This document shows, in pieces, positions 1 to 12,119 of a stretch of 64,000 nucleotides of DNA. Within the stretch, counting starts at the first letter, position 1. Each line of letters opens with the position of its first letter. The DNA comes from Novakomyces olei (taxonomy: Eukaryota), in NCBI GenBank assembly GCA_016906335.1, contig JADEYG010000007.1, positions 2,170,001 to 2,234,000 on the forward strand, given 5' to 3'. A program made the position numbers and the translations under genes. A model generated the notes under the pieces. The model was given only the letters and a program-made list of their open reading frames with translations. It did no database searches and had not been told where the DNA came from.

Positions 1-1170
1 ATGACGTTTGGCGACACGCGCAAAATTCCAATCTAGTAAAGGCCCGGAGCACCATCGAGAGGCAATCGATCCGACTCCGATGGGGATAAAGCACAGGCCA
101 ACGTCGAGCGTATTATAGTGGTACCGGCGCTCTAACAGTGTTGGAAGACACGTCATTACTCCGTAAAAGCCAGCCGACAAGAGCCCTCCGTAGAGCAATA
201 GGCAAAAACATTCAGGTTCAACGAGTATTCTAAACGAGCTTAGAATATCGAGCCGGTGACGGTTAGCGCCGCTAATTTCCGTCGTTGATTGAACAGCTTT
301 TTCTCTCATATTGTTTCTATGAATAATCGTACTCGCGCTCTGCAAATACCAGTGCGGGGGCATTACAGATCCGTCTGCCACCACGTTTCGGCACGTTTCC
401 GGTAGGGTTACAAGCATAATTGCAAACATTACACATCCAAAAATTAAAAGAAAATAAAACACAGCTCGCCAGCCAAGAAATCGATCAAGTAAGCCACCGA
501 TAATGGGCCCAAGGGCGGGTCCGAGAGTGATCCCCGTGGAGGCAAGAACCATGAAACGGCCACGTTCTGCGCGTGTGACTAGATCAGCCACAATTGCACT
601 GCTAAGGGCAATTGTTCCACTGCTTCCAAAGCTCTGTAAGCAGCGGAGCGTAATAAGAGCTGCATAATTTGTCTGTAAAGCCAGGCCGATGTTTGCACAT
701 ATAAAGGGGATAAAGCAAAACATATACGCTAATCGGCGGCCATAATGATCGGAGAAAGCAGCGGTAATTGAGGGCGCAAGACCTTGAACTACCTGAACGG
801 TAAGAACGATAGAACACTTGTAACAAGAACTAATCAAAAACAATATATAAAATAAAATAAATAAAAATAAATAATATAAAATAAAATAAAATAAAATAAA
901 ATATAGCAACGTTCTCAAGACCATTGTCAGAGAACCGTCAATTCATACCATAAAAGAGGTGACGGACAAATTGATCAGCGACGGAGACACATGCAAGTCG
1001 CGCGACAGTGTGCCGATACTGGGAAAGTATACGGTCGAAGCTAAAGGGGACACGAGGGCGAGAAATGACGAGAGGAGAATCGTATAGCGTTTAAGACCGG
1101 GAGAGAAAACAGAGTAAGCATTTGCCACAGGCTCTTCGGCGGCAGTGGTCCGTGATTTGCTAGTAGACAT
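1..1170 (-). CDS. MFS transporter, DHA1 drug:H+ antiporter-like; 3' end runs off the window; intron ~793-946
   Basis: Spliced translation ...SSFLALVSPLASTVYFPSIGTLSRDL...|VVQGLAPSITAAFSDHYGRRLAYM...LRCLQSFGSSG...ADLVTRAERGRF...GPALGPIIGGLL...GWRAVFYFL contains MFS motif A and the DHA1 antiporter motif. Confidence 0.9.
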
Positions 1171-1449
1171 GTACGAGAGCCATACGAGGCGACTTTTAAA
1201 CGCGCCCGCCGAGTCGGATTGGCTTTGCTGACGAAGAGTAAGCAAAAACGTATATCTATCGCGATCAATATGATTGATTATTAATTTGCTACAAACCGTC
1301 TATAGTACGGAATATGGGGAGAGTCGCTGCGTAAATGACACAGATAAGGATAAATTAAATGTAATTTACGCGTGTGTACATTATATAAACATATAAATAT
1401 AAATATAAATAAACATCTAGTTATATGACCGTACAGACGACAAATCCCA

Positions 1450-1981
1450 CTAGAGTGCCGACACTGCTTCGTCAATTTCACCCGATAAACTCTTCAAAGC
1501 TTTCCATTGATCAAGGCTGGTTGTAAGCGCATATAGTAAAATTGCAGTTATATTACGTGAGGGAAATGCCCTTCTGGGTGGGCTTCCATGTTCCTTGAGC
1601 ATCGTAAAACTCACGTACGGACACGAGTATGCTTTGCTTGAACTTGCTCACTTGGACGCGTCGCTGGTTGCGTCCCGAGCTCAGCTAATGCATTATTAGT
1701 GCAAGTATGCAGCAGCGCAAACTTACAATCCAATAGGACGACCCATCGCTCTCTTTATGCTTTTCCGGTACGGCTGCCGGCTCTACTTTAGCCCGCTTTT
1801 TCTAGACGCGTCTCTCAGTTCAGTGCACTTTTAATGTACTATGCTGCAATAGCCATACGTCATTGTCCGGCTCAGCACCTGATGCTACACTCTCCTTGCT
1901 TTTGGCTGTCTCCGGAGCAGTCTCCGGGCCGCTTTCGTCGTCTTCGTTTACAATTTCGTCTGACAATGGGCCGCGCTTCAT
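1450..1981 (-). CDS. SUB1: Transcriptional coactivator PC4/Sub1 (3 introns)
   Basis: Manual splicing gives MKRGPLSDEIVNEDD...KKRAK...DGSSYWI|LSSGRNQRRVQVSKFKQSILVSVREFYDAQGTWKPTQKGISLT|LDQWKALKSLSGEIDEAVSAL*, the PC4 ssDNA-binding domain signature. Confidence 0.88.
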
Positions 1982-2310
1982 TTTGCCGCCTCCACAATAC
2001 TCGAAGGTTGCCAACTCCAAGAAAATTGGGTATATATATATTGAACAGAGTAGAATAATAGTCTCCATAATATTAATAGGACAAAAGATTGCGACAGCTC
2101 GATAATAGTGTTGGAATTAAACTCGTCGGTAGATGAATTATCCTATTCATTATCCAATATATGTTTCAATATATTATCCATTATATTATCCAATATTATC
2201 CAATTCATTATGCTAGCTCATTAAACGAGGGATCTATTGCCAATGATATAATAAAAAAACCCCATACAAACTCGCCTGTAATTGACGCGCACAAACGTCA
2301 TACCCAAGAT

Positions 2311-4221
2311 ATGGCCCCGCCTCAAGACGATGAAGCCGCGCACGCGAGACGCGTCCGCCACGCGGAAAGCGAGGATGATGAGGAGGAGGAGGACGGCGTT
2401 TCTCAGACGTCGGCGACAGAACGAACACGACTTCTTTCGGCCGACGATCCTAATGTACATATAACTCCTTACAGTTTGGCGGTAGTCCGTTCCCTGCGCT
2501 ACATAGCAATCGGCCTACAAATGATTGCTGTACTTTGGTGGATCCTTATGTTTGTATCGATATTCGTCACTATCCCGGGTCTGCACGCACGTGGCTCCGG
2601 GTTCACACAGGTCGCGTATGTCATGGCTCACTTTTTTGTTTCCGAAACCTCTCACCTTGAATCCTGTTGCTATTGAGTTTGCTCCGTTCATTTATACTGC
2701 CGTTTTTATTGTCTTCAATGGAATTAATTATATCTATATTTTCCCGCACTTACATGAACAGCTACGCTTTCCTCGCTATCGCAAACTTGACTGTATCGCT
2801 AGTTTTCTTTTCAAACCCGTCAAAGAGCGATAGAGTCCTGGCACTCACTATCGGCTTGGTTTTATGCTTTGACTTTTTCCTTATTGTATGCGCTTCAAAG
2901 ACGAGGCGAGACGAGGGATGGGTCGGTGTTTTCAGCTTGCTCTGGGCAGCTTTAACCGGGTTTTGGATAACAATGACCGATAGTGTTGTAGAGTGGGCCA
3001 AAACGGAGGAGGAAGAACGAATCCTGGGCTATCGCGAGCGCAGGAAAACTCTGCGTGAATGGTCAAAGACTGCAGTCAGTTTTATATTTTTGGTCGCCAT
3101 TTTGATCATTTCTATTCTTCTCAGTCTGACCCTAATTCTTCGAGCTCACGATGCCACTCTGGCGCCTCCGGGCCAGAAAGTCTGGGTCGATGATGATCAG
3201 TACCAAGTTCATGTGCACTGCTACGGGGAGAATGATAGCTTGCCCACCGTCCTCGTCGAGGGTGGAGAAAACCCTGTGGAGGTCATGGTCGACTGGATCG
3301 ATGAGTTGCAGTCTGTTGGGAAAGTTGGCCGTGTTTGCTATTGGGACAGACCAGGGTTTGGGTGGAGCGATAATGCTCTTTCGCCTAATTCTGCTGGAAA
3401 TACTGCCGATGCTCTATGTACGTTTTCAATGCTAAATGTTCAGAAATGCGTTTATTTTATGATTTAAGCTAACCTGTTTAGCTGAGGCTCTGGTTGAGCT
3501 TGATGAAAAACCGACCAAAGGCTGGGTATTGGTCAGCCATGGAGTAGGAGGGTAGGTTCAATACATCTTTTCACGGATGACGCTCTATCCTTTAATGTCT
3601 TTCGCTCTCTTATGTTTCTGGCTTTTAATTTTGTTTTCATTTTAAGTCTACCTTTTGATGCTTAGATGTCTTGATTGTATTTCATTATTAATATTTAGAA
3701 TTTATTCTCGAATATTTGCCTCACGTCGTGTGGCGGATATCAAGGGGTTATTGCTGATTGATACCCTTCACGAAGACCTGCTTGAGCGTATTGGGTCGCC
3801 AAAGAACGGCTTTTTACTTACACTGCGAGGCCTGGTCACGCCTTTAGGCATTGACAGGCTTTTTGGCTGGATTTTCCTGCGCAGGACCCGTGAGGATCGT
3901 ACTTTTGGGTACAGTGCATGGCGTGGAGGCCGTTGGACCAAAGCCCGATTGCAACAGGCATTGACCGCCACTAGTCTTACGCGTGCAGAATTAAGCGCAG
4001 CCCGAGTGATTTTGCCAAGAGAGATTCCTATTTCTGTTGTAGCAAGTGGGAAAGAAGTGGAAAAGGACGACAAATGGGCGGAAGCACAACGTGATCTTAG
4101 TACTTTGTCGAAGAATTCGCTAGGACTAGATGTCGTGAGCGGTGCTTCTCATGAAGTATGGAAAACTTCTGATGGGGCCAGAACGCTCAAGGACAGGCTT
4201 TGTGCATTGCTTCGCTCGTAA
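2311..4221 (+). CDS. Integral membrane protein with C-terminal alpha/beta-hydrolase fold (resembles the yeast YNL115C family); 3 introns
   Basis: Five N-terminal hydrophobic segments, then APPGQKVWVDDDQYQVHVHCYG...RVCYWDRPGFGWSD...WVLVSHGVGGIYSRIFA...LLLIDTLHED...ASHEVW; introns ~2616-2761, ~3418-3481, ~3552-3698. Confidence 0.75.
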
Positions 4222-4588
4222 TTTTGACTAGTTGAGGAAGGTCGGATGCCATTTTTTAATTTTTTATTCTTCCTATTTTACTTGTTGTTTTCTGATTTTT
4301 GATTTTATGGCGAAACGACGTGAACTCGCTTATACATCAAGGCAGCTATTCATCATATTTAGTATCAAAAAGCTTTGAACGTGGCTGTCAATCATTATAA
4401 ATAAATACAAGTAAAGATAGAAACCACAAGGTCATAAAGCGCTAATAATTCCAATTAACAAAACACGAATGCGAACAATATAGCAAAAAATTAAATTAAA
4501 TTAAAAATAAAAATAAAATGAAATAAAAAGAAGGAATTCACTTTTATACTGTTATTATCGCATTAACCTTATAAACAATAAAATGAAT

Positions 4589-5704
4589 TTAAAATCCGTA
4601 TCTGGCCTTAGTGTCCTTTTTCCTTTGCCGACGTTCGGCGAAGTAATCCTCAAACTGCTCCTTCTGCCCCACTGCCATATTGATAAGACTACTTAGCTGG
4701 TGACGACCCGGAGCCAAGGCGCGGACTCTTTGTGGTTGTTGCACTCCAGTGGCACGCAGCTGCTCATTGCGATCGTATTCTTCTGCAGCATTCACCTCGA
4801 TGAAGTTTATTGCCTGACCGCGATTCCGCCTTTCTTCCCTGCTCAAGAGTCGATCCTATACACATTGATTAATAAAGACTGTTTCAATAGAAGGTCAAGG
4901 CAATCAATTAGACAAAACTTGAATAGGCACGTATTAAACAGAGTATAAATGGGTCAATAAAATTGTAGAAATAAAGTCATAAAACACGACTGGCAAAAGC
5001 ACTAGACTTACGGGTAAAGATGCGATATTCGAGGGATCTGCCTGCATTTCAGTATAGCTCGAGCCGGCAGTGGGCGCGTAAGCATCGCTAGAATGGTCAA
5101 CGGCAGAAGCGCTTTTGTCGTCGAGTACTGTCCCAGATTTACGAGACGTCCGTTGCACTGTAATCGGCTCATACTCGTCCTGCCTGACCTCGTCGTCGTT
5201 ACTCTCATTAGCGCTGCTTTGAGTCTGTGATGCAGTTTCAACCTGGAAAAGAGCCAGTTTCTGTCGTACTGCTGGTTTCGGTCCACCCCCTACCTTGCCA
5301 GCAGTTTTCTTTGCCACACTATACGGCACAAACGGAGCCTGCGGCTTTCTCGAAGTCGGGACGAGTGTTGGCTCGTTTTCCATACTCGCGCGCTGCTCTG
5401 TGTCGTCATCTGACCCCAAATCGGTTCCTTCTTTGTCGCGCTGTACAAAGGCAGTAGGAGCGCTTGCAAGAGTCCGTTTGGGAGGCGGCAGTATACTGTT
5501 TAGGCCGCCGTTTGCACTGTGAGGATTTGCTGGCGCCAATTTGTATTGCGTCGCATTGTCCGCCGGAAGATCAACCACTATAGTTTTGGGACCTTTTGTT
5601 TCTGTTGCGGCCGATTTCCGTTTGATACCGGCTCGCACTGGCGCTACAGTGGGCGCTTGTTCTTGTTCGTCTTCAGACTCGCTTCCATACTGAACAAGAG
5701 GCAT
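4589..5704 (-). CDS. PRCC: PRCC-family protein (MAD2B-interacting, spliceosome-associated); one coding intron ~4857-5010
   Basis: N-terminus MPLVQYGSESEDE; conserved C-terminus GRHQLSSLINMAVGQKEQFEDYFAERRQRKKDTKARYGF. Confidence 0.8.
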
Positions 5705-5787
5705 TCGTTTCGTGGCTGTATTAGTTTAATAGTGTGAGGTTGTAATTACTCTAATTAATTGGCACGGGTACTTTATCTATTATGTCG

Positions 5788-6049
<262 letters not shown>

Positions 6050-6149
6050 CTTTCGCCTTTTACCTATGGATACCGTGGCATCTAATGTACACTTGAATGG
6101 CACTCAAATTTGACGGACCAGAATTGTGGCTTAAGGCCTATTAAAGGTT

Positions 6150-7739
6150 ATGGAGACGGTGAAAGTACGCATTGATTCATTTCCACATGCAGGTCGCTGC
6201 TTACGGTCGGTCACAGCCATTCAGCCTGGTACGAACGGCAGCAATTATATTTATTAGCTGACTAGATAATAATTTTCTAACGTCTTTATGCCTGTTGGTT
6301 ATTTAATTGTTTTTTTAATTGGTTTATTTAATTGTTTTATTTAATTGTTTTTTAATTGTTTTATTTGATTTTTTATTTTTACGGTCGTCGTTTGGCTAAT
6401 CACACCAGGCAGTATCATTCTAAAATGCAAGCCAGTGGCAAAGGTAGTTAGCAGTGAGCAGATAATTGTACGTTGCAGTTGGTGTGGCTCTAAAGCCTCT
6501 GTGGAAAAGCCCCTAAACGCATGTAGTGCGTGCCGAACTTTACGCTACTGTTCCACAAAATGCCAGACACGTGACTGGCGAGTGCACAAGCGCGAATGCC
6601 CTGTGCTTGTGCAAACAAGTAGTCGCGGCCTGCTGCCGACGGTTGCTCGTTTAGCCATGCGAATGCTGATTGCATGTGAACAAACGGCTTACAATAAGGA
6701 GCAGCTGTGTGGCCTGGAGACGCATGCAGACTTGATTGCGCAAACGGCCAAATGGCAGGATTATACAGTTATTTCTAGGGCTCTTGTAGAGTATGGCGGT
6801 TTTGATCGCGACCTGGCTTGCCGATTCGTGTGTGCTCTCAGTATTAATTCTATTAGTTGGGGCGATGATGATAATGAGGTCTTTGGAGCGGCTGTGGACA
6901 CGCAATTGGCAATGTGCAACCATTCCTGTGTGCCTAGTGCTGCTGTTGCTTTTGGTTCTGGAGCATCGGGAGCGCTGCTTTACCTCTCCAGTACGAAAAA
7001 GATAAGCGAAGGAGAGCAAGTGACTATTCCTTATGTTGACGTGTTTGAACCACGGTGGAAACGCTGTGCGGAATTGGAGGAACGGTACTTTTTCACATGT
7101 CAATGCCCGCGCTGCTGCTTATCTGCCGGAGAAGGAGCAATGAGCAGTGAGCAAGCTGCTGAGCAGATTGCCACCCCAAACGTGTACAGTGATTTCAAAA
7201 TACTCGCAAAAGACGATTTGCATGTACAAAAGAACAAACTACAGAGGCTAATTCGGTCACATTACCCTCGGTCTCTGGAACCAGTGTACACAGATATAAT
7301 TACTATATCACAAACGTACATCAAAGCCCACGAATACGATAAAGCAGGCATTGTCTTGCTGTATGTACTCGTCACCGTGGGCCCAGCAAGAGAGCAGTGC
7401 TGCTCTCAATTTTACTGGAACATCCACAGCCTCGCCGGCTTTGATTGTGCACCGTACATTGTAGACATGGAAACCCTACCTTTTCCTTCTGTTGACCGGC
7501 TTCAGTTTACTGTGTACATTTACGACAAAATTGTACACACTCTGGCGGCTTTGAAGGCGTTTCGACCATTTGACAAACGGTCGCAATTGCGTCTAGAAGC
7601 GCTGCGTGTTGATTTGCGCAGTGGCTTGCTGCATATGATTGCAGAGTCTGAGCTTGACAATGGTACAACACTTAGACTGGAGAGCACAGAGAGGCTTTTG
7701 CGCAAAGACCTAGATGAGCTAGATTGGGAAGCATTCTAA
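6150..7739 (+). CDS. SMYD-type SET/MYND lysine methyltransferase; intron ~6229-6408
   Basis: Exon 1 METVKVRIDSFPHAGRCLRSVTAIQPG (split SET N-segment); MYND finger CSWC...CSAC...YCSTKCQTRDWRVHKREC; NHSC; post-SET YFFTCQCPRC. Confidence 0.9.
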
Positions 7740-7853
7740 ATCAATATGCTGTCCTGTGCACTTGCCGATATAGTTTAATTCTTTGTGGGCAAGACTCGCA
7801 ATGTGAGGCAGAAGGAATACAGAGGTAAGCATATATCAAGTTTCAATGCGGGT

Positions 7854-9166
7854 TTATGCACAATTCGGCCGCAGAAAATCCAAATTATTGGTATCGCGCA
7901 CGTGCAGCCGTCGGCTCTGCAGGTAATTTGCATCAAAAAGCTTGGAAAGGTGCCTCTGTCCACTATCACACAGAATGGTGACAATACGATGTTCCGGACC
8001 CAACTTCCAAGCCAGTTTCACTGCGGCTGCACAATTTACTGCAGACGAACTGCCGAGGAAAAGACCTTCTTGTTCCACGAGATAGCGAGACATTGCTACT
8101 GCCTCCTCGTCGGTGATGCGTATAGCATCACTGACTAATGCGTAGCCTTCTTCAAAATTTGCTGTTACCCGAGTAATCCCGATACCCTCCACGAGACTAT
8201 CAACTTGGTGACGTCGCCGTGTTCCTTCCCGTTCTTTTACGTCAAACATTACTCCATACTTTATCCTGTTGTAAAGTCCACTGCCCTGCGGGTCGGCTAA
8301 CACTATCCGAATGTCCGGGTTTCGTTCTACAAGAAACTTTGCTGTTCCAGCCAAGGTACCACCCGTACCCGCACCAGCCACAAAGGCATCCAGTCTATGG
8401 CCACACTGTCTCCAAACCTCTGGCCCCGTCGATTCGTAGTGAGCCTGCCAATTGGCCGGATTTTCAAACTGGTCAGCAAAGTAGCCCCGGCCCGGTTGCG
8501 AAGGGTCGGCAGTATGCTCCTGCGCTCTTCTAATTGCACAATTAACGAAATGGTTTTCGTCTACAATCGACACTGGCGGCACCCTCTCAACTTCTGCACC
8601 AAGTGCTTTTAGCAATTGTGACTTTTCTAACGCCACATCGTCAGGCATGCAAATGTGGGCCTTGTACCCTTTAGCCAAACAAAGTCCGGCCAGTGAAATG
8701 CCTAGAGTCGTGTTAGTCTTGCAAACGATAATTTTGTATAAAACTGTAATAGCAATCTACAGCTTGTAATGTACAGTTGCACAATCAACGCGCGATCCTT
8801 ACCCGTAGAGCCCACGGTGCCCTCGTATACCTTATCGCCCCGGCCGGGGGCTAATACACCACGATTTTCTGCATCTTTAATAATACCTTGAGCAACTCTG
8901 TCCTTTGGAGATCCTCCAGGGTTCAAGAATTCTGCCTTTGCAAGAATGTCGCAGCCTGTAGCTTCACAAAGACTGTGAAGACGAACTAATGGTGTGTTTC
9001 CAATCAAACCCGCTAATCCGTCCACAATATCCTCCTGCGAAGGCTCAAAAACTCTGCGCTCAATCTTGCTATGGCGTGGCGTTGCATACAGCCAGGCTAT
9101 AGCAACTGCAGTTGCGGCCGTGACTGCAGCTGCCACTAGTGTCGCCTTTTGACCGGGATCATGCAT
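7854..9166 (-). CDS. Cysteine synthase-like PLP enzyme with N-terminal membrane anchor (Cys12/Mcy1 type); intron ~8702-8801
   Basis: IGNTPLVRL, KAEFLNPGGSPKDR (PLP lysine), EGTVGSTG, DQFENPANWQAHY, GAGTGGT, EGLFLGSSSA, LCDSGQRHLSK. Confidence 0.92.
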
Positions 9167-9183
9167 GCATGCTAGCTGTGCAA

Positions 9184-9269
9184 TTATTTATTATTTATTA
9201 TTTATTATTTATTATTTATTATTTATTATTTATTATTTATTATTTATTATTTATTATTTATTATTTATT
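9184..9269. repeat. TTATTTA-type degenerate AT repeat in the 168-bp divergent promoter
   Basis: Seen directly. Confidence 0.85.
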
Positions 9270-9334
9270 GTAAAAAAAACTCGGGCCTAATGATGACCCA
9301 TAGGCAATGATCTTGTCAACGTCATAAACCATAA

Positions 9335-10807
9335 ATGTCGCTGTGGCGGCCACGGACCCGTCTATTCACCAATGGCGTCAGAGCCTTGGGCACAAGGCCT
9401 CAATGTCTAATATGTGCGTGGAGGCAGTGCCGTTATTTCCAACAAAGCACAAGTCGCAAAACCACAAGATCAAATTGGACGACAGGCACGACAGGCTTCC
9501 ATCACATTGAGCGCGATGTAACAGACGCTTATATCAGGGCACCGCTCGTAAATGCAGAGTCTATGCGGACCCGTACAGTACCCCCGAACGATGTAAAAAT
9601 GCTGTTTCGTGATTACGTGGACGATTCGCTTTACAATCCACACTATGGCTATTTCAATCAGCACGTGGATATTTTTGCTCCACCTGGTCCAGTGGATTTC
9701 ACAAAGCTTGCGGACGATTTTGCCTTTCAGGATTTGCTGGCCAAGCAGTACACTGAGTTTGAAGATGCTCTGGATGTCCGAGTGGACGATTCCTCCCGGC
9801 AAGTATGGCACACGCCGACAGAGATCTTCCAGCCGCATTATGGTGAAGCCCTGGCTCAGTATCTCGTGACAGAGTACAAGCTGAAAACTTTTCCCTATCA
9901 CGACCTTGTTATATACGAATTGGGAGCGGGCAATGGGACGCTTATGCGAAATATTATGGACTTTATTGCTCGTGAAGAACCCGAGATCTACGAGTATACG
10001 CAGTACAAGATTGTGGAGATAACATCCACACTGGCGGAAAAGCAGCGTCTCCGCTTTGGCCCACACGCAGACAGGATTGAGATACTGAACCAGAGCATTT
10101 TAGACTGGACGCGCTATGAACTAAATCCATGCTTTGTACTGGCCATGGAGGTCTTTGACAATTTAGCACACGATATGGTGCGGTACGATTACTTGACATC
10201 AGAGCCCCGGCAGGCACTGGTTTACGTGGACAGCGAGGGCGATTTTCACGAAATTTTGTCGCCCACCCTTGACAATGGCACGCAACGCTTCCTGTCCCTG
10301 AGGAGACATTACCTTCAGGGAGCCGAGTACTCTCCCTTTCACACGCCTTATTGGCTGAGAAGGATCATTAGTACTCTGCCACTCGCGCCAAACATGTCGC
10401 TGCCGGAGTTTGTTCCTACTCAGCTCATAAAGCTAGTGGAAAATTTGAACGAATACTTTCCCCGTCATCGACTAGTGGCCGCTGATTTTACCCATTTACC
10501 GGATACTGTACCCGGCACTAATGCCCCAGTAGTGCAAACACGGTACAAGCGGCAAATGATACCCTGTACAACACCACTGGTGGCCCGCGGATATTTTGAT
10601 TATATATTTCCGACGGATTGGAAGTTTTTACAAGTACTGTATGAGTGTACAAGCAGTCCGGAAATGTACCTCGATGGTGATGGAATCAAAATTGTGTCCC
10701 ACGCCGACTTTCTCAGGGTTTGGGCGAACCTGGAAAAGTCGTCTACCCGGAGCGGAGAGAATCCAATGATTGACTGGTACAGGAACATGCACTTCTTCCT
10801 GACATGA
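9335..10807 (+). CDS. NDUFAF7: Mitochondrial SAM-dependent arginine methyltransferase, NDUFAF7/MidA family
   Basis: Arg-rich presequence; RDYVDDSLYNPHYGYF, WHTPTEIFQPHYG, IYELGAGNGTL, AMEVFDNLAHD, GYFDYIFPTD. Confidence 0.85.
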   Translation: MSLWRPRTRLFTNGVRALGTRPQCLICAWRQCRYFQQSTSRKTTRSNWTTGTTGFHHIERDVTDAYIRAPLVNAESMRTRTVPPNDVKMLFRDYVDDSLYNPHYGYFNQHVDIFAPPGPVDFTKLADDFAFQDLLAKQYTEFEDALDVRVDDSSRQVWHTPTEIFQPHYGEALAQYLVTEYKLKTFPYHDLVIYELGAGNGTLMRNIMDFIAREEPEIYEYTQYKIVEITSTLAEKQRLRFGPHADRIEILNQSILDWTRYELNPCFVLAMEVFDNLAHDMVRYDYLTSEPRQALVYVDSEGDFHEILSPTLDNGTQRFLSLRRHYLQGAEYSPFHTPYWLRRIISTLPLAPNMSLPEFVPTQLIKLVENLNEYFPRHRLVAADFTHLPDTVPGTNAPVVQTRYKRQMIPCTTPLVARGYFDYIFPTDWKFLQVLYECTSSPEMYLDGDGIKIVSHADFLRVWANLEKSSTRSGENPMIDWYRNMHFFLT

Positions 10808-11240
10808 TGCGGATAAGCCTGCCAGCTAGCAAAGCCTATTGCATTTGTCAAGCCAAGACTTTGTTGACCATGTACTCGTACAATAGGCATGTGATTTGGT
10901 AGAGCAGTAGATGGAATCGGTCTGTAGGCAATATTGAACTACCAGAGCGTTATGGATGTGATAATTGTATCTTTGCAAAGTAAAGGCAGTTGAAAGATAT
11001 AGTGCTGTGTTTCCATACCGGCAACATTGAGATAGAGCGGTTAATCTACGACAGCAGCAAACCTAAAAAGCGCGCGTCTAATAGATCTAAAAGAGCAAAG
11101 CCGTTCAAAACGCGATACGTAAAAATAGTGGCAGCTAAAAGCGTCACTGATAAGCTGTATACATTAATATATATTCTAATCGCATTTCTATATAATAATC
11201 TATAATCTACCTTATCTGATCGAGTGTATGGTCAGTCAGT

Positions 11241-12064
11241 ATGAGCAACCCGATAGTCTTCTTTGACGTTTCTATAGGATCTCAGCAGACGGTATGTGCC
11301 CAATCAACTGCTCTTCCCTTTTTATTCGGCTGACCAAGACTAAGGGCCGAATCAAGATTGAGCTTTATGCAGATACGTGTCCAAAGTATACCCATTTAGC
11401 AAATCTCGGAGCCCAAGTTAAACTAAAAAATGAACAGGACAGCCGAGAATTTTCGGCAGTTTTGCACGGGGGAAGCTAAATCGGATACAGGAATTCCCAT
11501 TGGGTATAAAAACAGCGTCTTTCATCGTATAGTCCCCGGATTTTGCGTGCAAGGCGGTGACTTTTTACGGGTTCGTTTTTTTAAGTCTATCATTTTTTAA
11601 TTACCAAGCTCATGAGCAGGGAGATGGCACGGGATCTACTAGTATTTACGGTAGCAAATTTGAAGACGAAAACTTTATTCACAAGCATGATGCGGCTGGG
11701 CTTTTGTCAATGGCAAACAGGTATTATACTATCATTATTATTATTATTATAATTTTAATTATTTGTTGTTATAAGCTTTACGCTGGTGGTTTTTGATTTT
11801 GGAAAGTATAAAACTAACACTCATGCTAGCGGCCCAAACTCTAACGGAAGTCAGTTTTTCATTACACTTGCTCCAGCAAAGTTTCTTGATGGCAAACATG
11901 TCGTGTTTGGAAAAGTCATTTCTGGCATGAATATAGTACGCGCTCTTGAGACAGTACCTATCACGGACGAAAAGCCGTCACAAAAATGTGTTATTACAGG
12001 TAAGCTAAATTCTTTGTATTACACATTCATTATTAAAATTTTCCCAGAGTGTGGCGAAATGTAG
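11241..12064 (+). CDS. PPIH: Cyclophilin H (U4/U6 snRNP peptidyl-prolyl isomerase); 5 introns
   Basis: Spliced: [39 protein letters not shown]...[15 protein letters not shown]...[16 protein letters not shown]...[19 protein letters not shown]...LDGKHVVFG...ECGEM*. Confidence 0.9.
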
Positions 12065-12119
12065 ATGAGGCTGAAAAGGAAAGGCTGAATTTCAGGCATT
12101 TCTTGGTTTGGAGCCCCGG

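Noticed and set aside
1808..1820. Possible GAG acceptor in SUB1 intron 1
   Set aside because: Those acceptors give a stop or frameshift; the TAG ending at ~1802 restores the frame
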